DNA of 64,000 nt. Source: Squalus acanthias. Taxonomy: Eukaryota. Below are positions 26,345 to 39,085 of the stretch, one piece after another. The DNA is taken from contig CM059438.1 of the NCBI GenBank assembly GCA_030390025.1, positions 64,482,001 through 64,546,000 of the forward strand, written 5' to 3'. Position numbers and translations under genes: made by a program. Position 1 is the first letter of the stretch, and each line of letters starts with the position of its first letter. The notes beneath the pieces were generated by a model that did not search any database, was not told where the DNA came from, and saw only the letters and a list, made by a program, of their open reading frames with translations.

Positions 26345-29240
26345 GGACGGTCAGGACATTGTGTCTTAATGCGAGGAGCATTCATAATAAGGTGGATGAA
26401 TTAGCTGCGCAAGTAGATGTAAACGGATATGATATAATTGGGATTACAGAGACATGGCTCCAGGATGACCAAGTCTGGGAATTCAACATCCAGGGGTATT
26501 CAATATTCAGGAAGGACAAGAAAAAAGGAAAAGGAGATGGGGTAGCATTGCTGGTTAAAGAGGAGATTAACACAATAGTATGGAAGGATATTAGCTCTGA
26601 TGATGTGGAATCTGTATGGGCAGAGCTGAGAAATACCAAGGGGCAGAAAACGTTACTGGGAGTTGTATATAGACCCCCAAACAGTAATGCTGAGGTTGGG
26701 GATGGCATTAAATGGGAAATTAGAGATGCGTGCAATAAGGGCACAGCAGTTATCATGGGTGACTTTAATCTACATATAGATTGGGCTAACCAAATTAGTA
26801 ACAATACCATGGAGGAGGAATTCTTAGAGTGTATACGGGATGGTTTCCTGGACCAATATGTCGAGGAACCAACTAGAGATCAGGCCATCTTAGACTGGGT
26901 ATTATGTAATGAAAAATGATTAATTAACAATCTTGTTGTGTGAGGCCCCTTGGGGAGGAGCGATCATAATATGATAGAATTCTTCATTAAAATGGAGAGT
27001 GAAGTAGTTGACTCAGAGACTAGGGTCCTGAATTTAAATAAAGGAAACTACGATGGTATGAGGCACGAGTTGGCTAGGATGGATTGGGGAACATTACTTA
27101 AAGGGTTGATGGTGGATAGGCAATGGCAAACATTTAAAGATTGCATGGATGAACTACAGAATTTGTTCATCCCTGTTTGGCATAAAAATAAAACAAAAAA
27201 GGTGACTCAACCGTGGCTAACAAGGGAAATTAGGGATAGCATAAGATCCAAGGAGAGGATATATAATTTGGCCAGAAAAAGCAGCAAACCTGAGGATTGG
27301 GAGCAGTTTAGGATTCAGCAAAGGAGGACAAAGGGATTAATTCAGAGGGAGAAAATAAATTATGAGAGTAAGCTTTCAAGGGAACATAAAAACTGACTGT
27401 AAAAGCTTTTATAGATATGTGAAGAGAAAAAGATTGGTGAAGTCAAGCGTAGGTCCCTTGCAGTCAGAATCAGGGGAAATTATAATGGGGAACAAAGAAA
27501 TGACAAACCAATTAAATACATACTTTGGTTCTGTCTTCACAAAGGAGGACACAAATAACCTCCCATAGGGTCAAATAAGAGGGAGGAATTGAATGAAATC
27601 AGTATTTGTAGGGAAATGGTGTTAGGGAAATTGACGGGATTAAAGGCCAATAAATCCCCAGGGCCTGATAATCTACATCCTAGGGTACTTAAGGAAGTGG
27701 CCCGAGAAGTAGTAGATGAATTGCTGCTCATGTTCCAAAATTCTATAGACTCTGGAATAGTTCCCATGGATTGGAGGGTAGCTAATATAACCCTACTATT
27801 TAAAAAGGTGGGAGAGAGAAAACGGGGAATTATAGACCGGTAAGTTTGACATCGGTCGTGGGGAAAATGTTAGAGTCCATTATAAAAGATGTAATAGCAG
27901 AGCACTTGGAAAACAGTGACAGGACCGGACAAAGTCAACATGGATTTACAAAAGGTAAATCATGCTTGACTAATCTACTGGAATTTCTTGAGGATGTAAC
28001 TGGTAGAATAGATAAGGGAGAACCAGTGGATGTGGTGTATTTAGACTTTCAGAAGGCTTTTGATAAGGTCCCGCATAAGAGATTAGCGTGCAAAGTTAAA
28101 GCACACGGGATTGGGGGTAAGGTACTGTCTTGGATAGAGAACTGGTTGGCAGACAGGAAGCAAAGAGTTGGAATAAGCGGGTCTTTTTCCGAGTGGCAGG
28201 CAGTGACTAGTGGGGTACCGCAGGGATTGGTGCTAGGACCCCAGCTATTCACAATATATATAAATGATCTAGATGAAGGAACTAGATGTAATATCTCCAA
28301 GTTTGCAGACGACACAAAGTTGGGTGGGCGTGTGTGCTGTGAGGAGGATGCAGAGAAACTCCAGTATGATTTGGACAGGTTGGGTGATTGGGCAGATGCA
28401 TGGCAAATACAGTATAATGTGGATAAATGCAAGGTTATCCACTTTGGTGGCAAAAACAGGAAGACAGATTATTATCTGAACAGCAATAGATTGGGAAAAG
28501 GGGAAGTGCAACGAGACCTGGGTGTCCTTGTGCACCAGTCGCTGAAGGTAAGCATGCAGGTGCAGCAGGCGGTTAAGAAGGCAAATGGTATGTTGGCCTT
28601 CATAGCGAGAGGTTTCGAGTACAGGAGCAAGGATGTCTTGCTGCAGTTGTACAGGGCCTTGGTGAGACCACACCTTGAGTATTGTGTGCAGTTTTGGTCA
28701 CCTTATCTGAGGAAGGATGTTCTTGCCATGGAGAGAGTGCAGCGAGGTTTCACCAGACTGATACCTGGGATGACAGGAATGACGTATGAGGAGAGATTCG
28801 GTCGATTAGGCTTATATTCGCTAGAGTTTAGAAGAATGAGAGGGGATCTCATTGAAACTTATAAAATTCTAACAGGACTAGACAGACTAGATGCAGGAAG
28901 GATGTTCCCGATGGCGGGGGAGTCCAGAACCAGGGGTTACAGTCTAAGGATAAGGGGTAATCCATTTAGGACTGAGATGAGGAGGAATTTCTTCACCCAG
29001 AGAGTGGTGAACCTGTGGAATTCTCTACCACAGAAGGCAGTTGAGGCCAATTCATTAAATATATTCAAGAAGCAGTTAGATATGTTTCTTAAGGCTAAAG
29101 GGATCAAGGGATATGGGGAGAAAGCAAGGACAGGCTACTGAATTCGGATGATCAGCCATGATCTCATTAAATGGCGGAACAGGCTTGAGGGGCCGAATGG
29201 CCTACTCCTGCTCCTATCTTCTATGTTTCTATGTTTCTAT
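26345..29240 (+). mobile_element. CR1 LINE with near-complete ORF2 (APE endonuclease + RT), inactivated
   Basis: LNARSI, IGITETW, VVYRPP, MGDFN and SDH (APE domain); 431-aa RT ORF 27846-29141; stops/frameshifts near 26919, 27370, 27568 and 27815; TTTCTATG tail. Confidence 0.95.
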
Positions 29241-29404
29241 TTTAATAATTGTCTATGTTATCGTGATTGAAGGCACAGATGCAAAATGCTTGAAGGGCTA
29301 TTGAAAATAATATCTAGATAGATGATGTTCCTCTACAGGTAAATGTAACTTTCTGAACACACAACCATCATTGATCATGGGTTCAATTCAAGTCTTTGTA
29401 AATA

Positions 29405-29685
29405 AATAAATAAATCCAATCAGGAGTTCGGGAGATACTTCTTTACCCAGAGAGTGGTTAGAATGTGAAACTTCCTACCTCAAGGAGTGGTTGAGGTGAA
29501 TAGCATAGATGCATTTAAGGGGAAGCTAGATAAGTACATGAGGGAGCAAGAAATAGAAGGATATGTTGAAAGGGTCTGATGAAGTTAGGTGGGAGAAGGC
29601 TCGTGTAGAACATAAACACTGGCATAGACCAGTTGGGCCGAATGGCTTGTTTCTGTGCTGTAAATTCCATGTAATGCTATGTAAC
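29405..29685 (+). mobile_element. CR1 3' fragment
   Basis: TTCTTTACCCAGAGAGTGGTTAGAATGTG...GGGCCGAATGGC..TTCTGTGCTGTA tail. Confidence 0.8.
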
Positions 29686-29933
29686 TTGCAGTTATATCGT
29701 GCCTTTCACAACCTCAGGATGTCCCAAAGTGCATAAATAGTAATGAAGTATTGACACAATTAAATTTTTATTTGGATTGCTGCACAGTGCATGTCAATTA
29801 CAAAGCCATTGAAAAGACATTAGTTCCTGCAAGATTTCGATAATTGAAAGCTCCCAGAGCGAACATGAAATGACCTCCCACACAAATCGAATGTTCTATT
29901 CATTTTTTTTTAAACAAAGGGTCCAATAACATT

Positions 29934-30599
29934 GGCCCAGAAATTCAGTTCGCAGGCCTCCCGCGGGCGGAGGGCTGCGATCTGGAATAATCTGCGCCTG
30001 GACCGGAGGGCTCCCGGGAGGCGCAGAGTTCCGTTGCTGGGCCACTCCAAACTGCCGGTGCGCAGGGCCCACGTATCCCAGAGGCGCAGGCGGTTCGCAG
30101 CGTCCCTGGGATCACGTGGGCCATGGGGAGCCAATCAGAGAAGGGTATCTCCCTTCATACATTTGACAGGAAGACCTGTCAATTATATGAATAGAGATCA
30201 CCCCCAAAATAAAAAAAAATTTTAAATCACATTTTTAAAATGACTTTAAATTACAATAAATTAAGTATTTTAAACAAAAATTTTATTTTTTGAAAAAAAT
30301 AATTAAAGTTTTTAACAGGGCTAAAAATAAACTTACCTTTCTTTAAAGTATTTTTAAATGATAAATCTGGAAAAATTGTAAGTGTTTTCTGCAGGTGGAG
30401 GGTCTCCAAAAAGCGGAACTATCCGTCCGCAGAGGCCCTTCTCCCGGGCAGCCGAAGGAACTGTCAAGAGCTTTCTTGACAGATCGGAAATGTCGGTTTC
30501 CAGCGCATGCGCAGTGCATGCCTGAAACCGGCATTTCCGATGTCCCTACGGGTGAGTACACAGCGCGTACACACCCATAGGGATCGGAATTTCTGCACC
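29934..30599. mobile_element. MITE, GGGCCAGAAATTC family, copy 1
   Basis: Degenerate TIRs; TSD ATT (29931-33, 30600-02); colinear with 35870-36634. Confidence 0.85.
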
Positions 30600-32454
30600 A
30601 TTATTTTTGTTGATTTTAACATCTGCAAAACAAAGATGCCTGAGCATGATATTCCTTTGGACAATTTAGTGAAAGACAAATTTAAAGTTGAGAATGACAA
30701 AATCCAGCCAATCACCGTGCATCTGTAACAATGTTCCTTTAACGCATCTCGAGAAGCCGATGAGTTAATTAAATGGTCGAAATGCCAAAAAGTTCACGGA
30801 ATGAACTGTGCGATGTGCAATACAATTATGGAGAAAGGCCTTTTATTTATGTAGTCAGGACGAGAAAAGGCCACCAGGCCCATACACACTCGCCCCACCT
30901 CTTACTGGAGTCATTCCCATGTCCCCACTCTTCCCCCTGACACCCAACCAACTCCTAGCAAAGGTTTTAAAAATAAAAAAGAGATCTTTAGCCAATTCAG
31001 GAATCCTTTGTCAAAATATCTTCTCTGAGCCCTTGAGGATGACACGCAAGTTCCTGGAGGCCCCAATCCATTGGTTCTTACTCAAAACTTTGTCTTCCTT
31101 CAGTCATGTAGTCTTATAAATATATGTCCATAAAAGCAAGTTTTTCTCTCTGTTTAACTCCCTCTTGAAGGACTGTGAGGAGTCAATCCTTATTATCTCA
31201 TCCACAGGTCAATCCCCTTTGAGAAAAATAAAATCGCTGCTCGCCCAAACTCACTCCCTGTATCAATGGTCTATAAATATTTCTTCATTATATTTTTACA
31301 ACATTTATAGCAACAGTTATGCTGCTAGCTTTTTTTCGCTCTTTAAAATTCTGTCTGTAGCATAACCACAATGAATATAGTTTGGACTCAGTTATTAACC
31401 CTGTGCTGAATTAAAGCTAAAATGACTTTACAGCTTTCTAAAGCAATATCATTTGACAAGTCAAGTTGGTAGCATTTGCAGCATTCTAGGGATTAAAGCT
31501 ATCGCATTAATACAATATAAAAATTCTAAATTTGGATAATTATGGTTACAATGCATGCAATGCTGCAAAATCCTTCACAGACTGTCCAAATGAACGAGCT
31601 ATAGCTAGAGGCAACATCTATTGCCACAGTTACAGTTGTGACAATTTTTATTTAACAGAAGAAAGTGGTCACAAAAATAACACGATTTTAGAACTGGGCT
31701 CTTGTATATTTATATTGTTATTATGATCTGAAATATTCAAATGAGGTAACTGCTACATAATTTTTAAAATGTAGTTTTGTTTTGCATTTGTGGTGACAAG
31801 ATTTATGAAATTAGTATATGACACAAGCATTCCTCTTTTATCTGGCTGTGGCAGACCCAGGAAAGACCACCCAAGTTGCTCTGACAAGGTGGTGGGCTTT
31901 CTATTTGAGTATATTTCCCGATATTCCAAGAGACTTGAGCATTACCAGTGACCTATCTAAGATATCTAATATGAAAGCAAAAAATGGTACGGAACTGGAG
32001 GAATTAAACTGCGAGGCAATGAGTCTGACGAAAGGGACAGACTCAGCGGTGGGAGTGTCCTGCAGTGAAGCAGCAAGGTCAATTACTGAGCAAAGTTTGA
32101 TTTTAACAAGAGAAGAAGCAAGATTTTGGGGAATTTGCAATAAAAGTTCTCATTTCTTCAATGAATTTCATCTTCGGAATCTCCAACACAAAATTATTTT
32201 CCACCATGTAAATAGTTATATCTTCTGGGTCATCTCCATCCACATCAAATTTGAAGGTCACAATTTTGTTGTTGTGCGTCATGAGTAAAGGGAGTGAGAA
32301 ACTGTATCACTGATGTGAATGGAGGGAGTGTAATAAACTCTGGAGAGAGCTGGCAATACACCGTGTTCGATTCACTATAGGTGTGCAAGTAACTTTTCCA
32401 GTATTCAGGGCCATATGAAGTAGGTAGAATCTAAACCATTTCAGTTCCTTTGTT

Positions 32455-32731
32455 TTTTTAAAAATTCGTTCATGGGATCTGGGCGTCGCTGGCAAGGACA
32501 GCATTTATTGCCCATCCCTAGTTGCCCTTGAGAAGGTGGTGGTGAGCCGCCTCCTTCAACGGCTGCAGTCCGTGCGGTGAAGGTACTCCCACAGTGCTGT
32601 TAGGGAGGGAGTTCCAGGATTTTGACCCAGTGACGATGAAGGAATGGCTGATCTATTTCCAAGTCAGGGTGGTGTGTGACTTGGAGGGGAACTTGGAGGT
32701 GGTGGTGTTCCCATGCGCCTGCTGCCCTTGT
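32455..32731 (-). mobile_element. 3' fragment of the LINE family at 43236-44545
   Basis: Near-identical to 43245-43510. Confidence 0.85.
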
Positions 32732-33027
32732 GAGAAGTGCTGAAGGCGTGCATTTTCCTTCGGGATTTTGTGTTTACCCCAATGTATGGTATAAATTAAC
32801 CAATAAATGATGGAAATAACCTACATCCTGTGAGAGTCTTGAGAGCTGCCAGCCTTTGCGATTTGTGCCAGTTATCTGTGCTGTGGAAAGGTTGGATGAT
32901 GATTTTGGCCAAGCTGCACTGATGGTGATGCCCTCATCACCTCAAGGGTCACCTGTTTGCACAAAGAGCCAAATGTGATGACAGAGGCAGCACCAAATGA
33001 TATGATTTTTCCAAGTATTAAAGATGA

Positions 33028-33300
33028 TCACAACAGCAACAACAACTTGCATTTATACAGCGCCTTTAACATAGTAAAACATCCCAAGGCGCTTCACAGG
33101 AGCGATTATCAAACAAAATTTGACACCGAGCCACATAAGGAGATATTAGAACAGGGGGGTCACAGTGGTAGATTTTAAGGAGCGTATTAAAGGAGGAGAG
33201 AGAGGTAGAGAGGTTTTGGCAGGGAATTCCAGAGCTTGGGGCCTAGGCAGCTGAATGCACGGCCACCAATGGTGGAGTATTGAAAATCGGGAATGTGCAA
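33028..33300 (-). mobile_element. L2 3' fragment
   Basis: (CAA)n tail and GGRAFSCLGPKLWNSLP on the minus strand. Confidence 0.85.
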
Positions 33301-34065
33301 GGAAGACAACAAGGAGGAGTCTGATACCAATACTGCAGCTTTAGAAGTACAATCATCTTTGCACCGATTTTCCTGTAAAGAGCTTTCTTCAGAAACCTCC
33401 ATTTTATATAAAATAAAATCACTCGAGCCTAGAATATTCCGGTGAAGTATTTGCCACAGTGCTCCTGAGCAGCCTGAAATGAGGTGAAACACAGCTGCCA
33501 TCACTATGGAAACAATACTCCTGGCCAAAGGCAGACTGAAAGTGTTCACACTGCAGCCTTCTCAGTTTTTTATTTTGGTGGATGAGATGGTCGTTGTTTA
33601 AAATCTGAACCATACCTTGTTCCTCTTGAAGAAAATCTTTTCTCTCTCTCACGCTCGCACGTTCTCAATCGAATGCATATTTCTACAGTCTTGTTGACAG
33701 TAATGAAACGGACCTGGTTCTGCAATGTGAGGTGTAGTTTTATCACCGCATTATTTTAATAAAGGAATAATGAAATTTGCAAAGTTCTCATTATTTGGCC
33801 ACGTCTGAAGAGGACACGTCAAACGCGTGCCCCTTGGAAAGCACTGGAAAGGAGACAATGCTGAGGGTTACAGAATTGTGCATTGTTATTTATAGCTGTT
33901 CACCCTTGAAGCAATACAATCTCCACAATTGGTCATTTATTTTTTACGTAAGTGACGTCCATTATTGCACTCATTTATTTAAATGCTCAGATGTGCACGC
34001 TGTTGTCTTTTTTAAACCAACCTTTTTGAAATCAAAATAACTGAATCAGTAAAGCTAAATCTACA

Positions 34066-34231
34066 CAATAGCAAAATACTGCAGATGCTGGAAACCTCAA
34101 ATAACAACAGAAATGCTGGAAACACTCAGCAGGTCAGTCAGCATCTGTAGAGAGAGAAACGGACTCTGTTTCTCCTCTCATCGATGCTGCCTGACCTGCT
34201 GAGTGTTTCCAGCACTTTCTGTTGTTATTTT
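34066..34231. repeat. Penelope-like foldback element (centre deleted)
   Basis: Inverted arms ACAGAAATGCTGGAAACACTCAGCAGGTCAG / CTGACCTGCTGAGTGTTTCCAGCACTTTCTGT; 14-bp TSD AAGCTAAATCTACA (34052-65, 34232-45). Confidence 0.8.
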
Positions 34232-34466
34232 AAGCTAAATCTACATTTGTGCTGCAATGTGGAATTTATTTGTAGAATTCTAATGTTCCCCTTTTAATGG
34301 TAATCTCTGCTATCGCTACTTTGTGGAGAGGATGGGGGGTGGGGGGAGAAGAATATTGTCACCTTCACGTCTATTTGCGGTTTACCCTATTTTATTCATA
34401 TAATGAAAGATCCTTTATCCACCTTTCTGCTTACAGGCCAGGATAATCAAGCCTTGTGTAAGTCAT

Positions 34467-35041
34467 GGGCCCGGATTTTGAGGTCAGCGTTGGATGAATG
34501 GCGCTCGCCGTTCATTATGCTTACACTTGCCCACAAAATTGCCCCCCCCCGCAATCACTGACTCCCCGTGATTACTGAACCTCCCCCATGATCACCGACC
34601 TCCGATCTCCCCCCGAGCTCCGACCCCAACCTTCGATCTCTTCTGACCCCCCCCCTCTGTTCCCTCATCTCTGAACCCTCTCTGATCTCTCCGAGTTGCC
34701 CTGATCGCCCCCTAACGCCGCCCCCCACCCCCCACCCCCACAATCTTCACTGACCCCCGTGATCACCCCTGACCCTATCAACCACACGCTGACCACATCC
34801 CGCGATCTCTACCCACAACAATCACTAAACCGACCTGCGCTGGGCTTTTTTCTGGAGTGTTCCCTGCCTGACAGACAGCCAAGGCTGGCTACCGGTCTGG
34901 GAATCTGTTTGAAAAAAACGCATGCCGTGGAGTTAAAGCTCCATAGGGTTAGGGGAATACCAGGACTTCTGGGTTTCCCGACCATAACCCCTCTCCCCCT
35001 TCCCCCATTCCAAAACCTTGCCTCAGTGAATATCAGGGCCG
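34467..35041. mobile_element. Probable Harbinger-like MITE with C-rich degenerate internal repeats
   Basis: Termini GGGCCCGGATTTT / AATATCAGGGCC; repeated (C)CGATC/TGATC units inside. Confidence 0.5.
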
Positions 35042-35089
35042 CAGAGTCTCAACTAGGAAGTGTGGTTTAGAGTATTTAATTCAATGCCA

Positions 35090-35573
35090 AATCATGTACA
35101 GAAAGCAAAATAAAAAGAGGGAAAGAAAGATGGGATTAAGAGTGAGAGATAAAAGAGACATAAAGAAAAAGTAAAATAAAAAAATTATTTTTAATTTTTA
35201 AATCTCCAGCAATAATTAAAATTTGAAGAAATGAGACCCCACACGTTTAACAGTAAATTTTCAGTGTCAGAGATGTTTGGCAGTAATTAAGACTTATCAC
35301 GCCGTCAAAAATTCATTTACATTAGAATGGACAAGCCCTAACTTTTTCTGGTGTGTTTACTGTTTACCAACTTCACACCGTTGTATATATTTGAATGCTG
35401 AGTCTCTCAGCAAAGTAAAGCTTCTGGGGGGAGCAGCACAACTCGGACAGCAACTTCCTGATTTCTGCGTTTATCTGCGCATGTGCGGACGCCGGAAGTT
35501 GCTGTCCGATTTACTCCTTAATAACGGTGAGCGCTGATAGCCTCATTGTTATTTCTATCACAAGATCCAGGTC
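35090..35573. repeat. Interspersed repeat related (opposite orientation) to 47085-47601
   Basis: 35095-35260 is a reverse-complement homolog of ~47250-47380. Confidence 0.55.
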
Positions 35574-35661
35574 ATTGTCTCATTGCCAAGCCCAGGACTA
35601 TTTCTTTTTTGTTATTTTTTTCTTCTATTTGTTGGTGAGATTTAAAATAAAACAACATATT

Positions 35662-35845
35662 TGGCTAGAAATTCGTCTCGGGTGGTGGAGCAAAATAGGC
35701 GGTATCGGATTGGCCGCCCGTTATACGCAGCACATAATATTGACACATTGACTGCAATGGAACTGAATATCAGGTGCTGTGTACAACGGGCGGGCGATCT
35801 GATACCGCCCGTTCTGTGCCATCGCCCGAAATGAATTTCTAGGCC
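35662..35845. mobile_element. ~185-bp palindromic MITE
   Basis: TIR (T)GGCTAGAAATTC / GAATTTCTAGGCC; foldback along its length around CATTGACTGCAATG. Confidence 0.75.
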
Positions 35846-35869
35846 AATGTTTCTTTTGTTATTTATAAT

Positions 35870-36634
35870 GGGCCAGAAATTCGGCTCTCCAGCTTCCCTG
35901 CGGGTGCAAGGATCGCGCGCGTACTTGCCTACCGCGCCTGCCGTTGTGCTTCGGGCCCACGAGGACTTCGGCTCCTGGGCCTCCTGCAGCTGCCGGCGCG
36001 CAGTGCTTGCGTATCCCAGGGGCGCAGTTAGTTCGAAGCGTCCCCTGGGATCACGTGGGCCATGGAGAGCCAATCCTAGCAGGGCATTTTCATTCATAGA
36101 TTTGACAGGAAGCCCTGTCAAATCTATGAATAGAGATCGGCCCCAAAACCACACTCAAACTTCAAATACATTTTTTAAAAAACATCACATTTTTAAAATA
36201 ACTGTAAATTACATAAATTAACTACTTTAAACAAAAATTGTAATTTTTGAAAAAATTAATTAAACTTTTTAACGGTGCTAAAAATAAACTTACCTTTCTT
36301 TAAAGTATGTAAAAAAGATAAAACTGTTGAAAAAATGTTTAAATTGTAATTAATTAACCACTTACCTTGTTAAAAACAGGCCTTGCGCCTCCTTTTTCCC
36401 CGTGCAGCTTCTCCGTACTTACCCTCACGGAGAAACCTGAAAAAAAAACGAAGTTCGCTGCGTGCGCACAGCCTCTCCCGCGCATGCGTTCGACCTCTGA
36501 ACCCCTTCCTTCAGGGGAACGGAAGTTCCGGTTTCCAGCGCATGCGCAGTGCATGCGTGAAACCGGCACTTCAGGTGGCCTTACGGGTGAGTACACAGCG
36601 CGTACTCACCCGGCAAGAGCCGAATTTCTGGCCC
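35870..36634. mobile_element. MITE, GGGCCAGAAATTC family, copy 2
   Basis: Perfect 19-bp TIR GGGCCAGAAATTCGGCTCT; TSD AAT (35867-69, 36635-37). Confidence 0.9.
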
Positions 36635-37369
36635 AATATGCTTGACCCATGTCTTAGGTATTTGCTGCATCGAACATGAAAACTCAAAATTTGCAAACTC
36701 CTGATGATCGGTTATACCCTCCAGGAGGACCCTGCCATCATGCTGGATGATGGCAAATTCACTGTTTCCTTCACTCGTGCAACGACAGATTTAAGTTGAT
36801 TTCAGTAATATTGGTTCTTTCCCCTGTGTCCGGTATAAATTAACCAACAAATGATTGAGCGGATTGTCATTGGTGAGGTTGTACGGGATATGATTTTGGG
36901 CGTAAGTTGTGTGTGGTTCACTTCCTTGATCAGTAGTCTGACAGGCTGTTCACACTAACGGACCCTGGAAAAAAAAAATCATTTGCAGGATCACAGTGTG
37001 TGAGCTGAAAACATAGAAAACCATTTAGCCCAGGAAGACAGAAATCTCCCTGAATGTGTTGGCTTGTTGAATTTCCTTTAAAAAAAAAAAAAATCTCATT
37101 TATCCTTTTGTTTTTGGTTGTGATTTGATATTCTGGCCGATATAGATAGATGTGTCCTTGTGTTCCGTCTCTGTAAGGACATAGTTGAATAGCCAAATAT
37201 CTTGTCGATGCCGGCTGTTCAAGCTTGCACATGAAGAATGCACACTTCAGAAAGGTGCCAGTGTCCATGGACCTTTACCCCAGAAACAGTCACCTTGGTG
37301 ACCAGTCGAGAAGGCAGGAAAGCGGGGGGAAGAAGATGGTGAAGTCTCTACATACTTGCACGGAACTAC

Positions 37370-37535
37370 ATAGAATATACAGCACTGGAACAGGCCATTC
37401 GGCCCAACTGGTCTGTGTCGGTGTTTATGCTTCACACGAGCCTCCTCCCACCCCTCTTCATCAAACCCTAGCAGCGTAACCTTCTATTCCTTTCTCCCTC
37501 ATGTGTTTACCTAGCTTCCTCTTAAATGCATCTGT
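37370..37535 (-). mobile_element. CR1 3' tail fragment
   Basis: Reverse complement of the tail type at 29500-29685. Confidence 0.75.
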
Positions 37536-37820
37536 GTTACTTTCTTAAGGTTAAGGCTACATTTAGATATCATTAGGAGTTGCCCGAGTGCTCCTGGATA
37601 TTATATTGCTTACATGTTCAGCATCCCTTCAACAAAATAGCTTTGAACAGTCTTGGAGTATTTTCTTCTGCTCAAAGTGGCATTGATAGAAAAGTGGTCA
37701 GACACTGGACTGCTGGCTTCAGATGAAACTGCTGCAGGTCCATTAATAAAGCAAAACTTCAAAGGAGTGATAGCTGGGAAATTAAACCAGCCGAGAATCA
37801 AAATGTCAAGACGCACTTAC

Positions 37821-37865
37821 CCCCAACTGTGCCAGTATATGTGGTTCGATGTGACGAGCGTAAAT
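37821..37865 (-). other. Candidate 45-nt host exon (unidentified)
   Basis: Minus strand TTCTATTTCATAATTCTTCAAG | 45 nt open in all three frames | GTAAGT. Confidence 0.3.
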
Positions 37866-38039
37866 CTTGAAGAATTATGAAATAGAAATTATAAAAGCTG
37901 CTCAGAATCACCTAGTAATGTTGAAGTTGCAGCTGAATCATGTGTTACTCAAGACTGATTGTTACACAGGATTGATCTGACCATTCAAGAGACCCTGCAT
38001 CAATGTGCGGTGACAGTTCAGTTTTAAGGTAATTGGCAA

Positions 38040-38304
38040 AATTTAAGGTAATTGGCAAAAGAACCAGAGGCAAGATGAGGAGAATTTTTATTACGCAGTG
38101 AGTTGTTATGATCTGGAATGCACTGCCTGAAAGAGTGATGGAAGCAGATTCAATAGTAACTTTCAAAAGGGAATTGAATAAATAATTGAAGGGGGAAAAT
38201 TTGCAGGACTATGGGGAAAGGGTGGGTGAGTGGAACTAATTGAATTGCTCTTTAAAAGAGCTGGCATGATGGGCCAAATGGCCTCCTTCTGAGCTGTGTC
38301 ATTC
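38040..38304 (+). mobile_element. CR1 3' fragment whose tail is split by an L2
   Basis: GGGCCAAATGGCCTCCTTCTG tail; the ATTCTA repeat resumes at ~39086-39105. Confidence 0.8.
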
Positions 38305-39085
38305 CAATCCCTCTCCCTAACATCTGTCTGAGGTTGAACCACACTGTTCGAAACCTTGATGTCATATTTGACCCTGAAATGAGCTTCCGACCACACATCC
38401 GCAGCATAACAAAGACCGCCTACTTCCACCTCCGTAACATCGCCCGTCTCTGCCCTTGCCTCAGCTCATCCGCTGCTGAAACCCTCATCCATGCCTTTGT
38501 TACCTCTAGACTTGACTATTCCAATGCATTCCTGGCTGGCCTCCCACATTCCACCCTACGTAAACTTGAGGTCATCCAAAATTCGGCTGCCCGTGTCCGA
38601 ACTCGCACCAAGTCCCGTTCGCCCATAACCCCTGTGCTCGCTGACTTACATTGGCTCCCGGTTAAGCAGCGCCTCGATTTCAAAATTCTCATCCTTGTTT
38701 TCAAATCCCTCTATGGCCTCGCCCCTTCCTATCTCTGTAATCTCCTTCAGCCCCACAACCCCCCGAGATATCTGCGCTCCTCTAATTCTGCCCTCTTGAG
38801 CATCCCTGATTATAATCGCTCAACCTTTGGTGGCCGTGCCTTCTGTTGCCTAGGCCCTAAGCTCTGGAATTCCCTGCCTAAACCTGTCCGCCTCGCTACC
38901 TCTCTTTCCTCCTTTAAGACGCTCCTTAAAACCTACCTCTTTGACCAAGCTTTTGGTCACCTGCCCTAATTTATCCTTATGTGGATTGGTGTCAAATTTT
39001 TTGTCTTAAAATACTCCTGTGCAGCGCCTTGGGACGTTTTACTATGTTGAAGGTGCTATATAAATACAAGTTGTTGTTGTTGTTG
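38305..39085 (+). mobile_element. L2 LINE 3' part with open ORF2 C-terminus
   Basis: ORF 38334-38969 VRNLDVIFD...SRLDYSN...LHWLPV...KTLLKTYLF; (GTT)n tail. Confidence 0.95.

Noticed and set aside
32788..32811. Cys-loop receptor TM4-like peptide IIYWLIY on the minus strand
   Set aside because: The surrounding frame lacks the rest of TM4 and no other receptor exons are present
36790..36964. Selenoprotein-like reading GPLV-TGA-TAC (UxxC) on the minus strand
   Set aside because: No resemblance to a selenoprotein family I recognise and no SECIS identified; a plain stop is simpler
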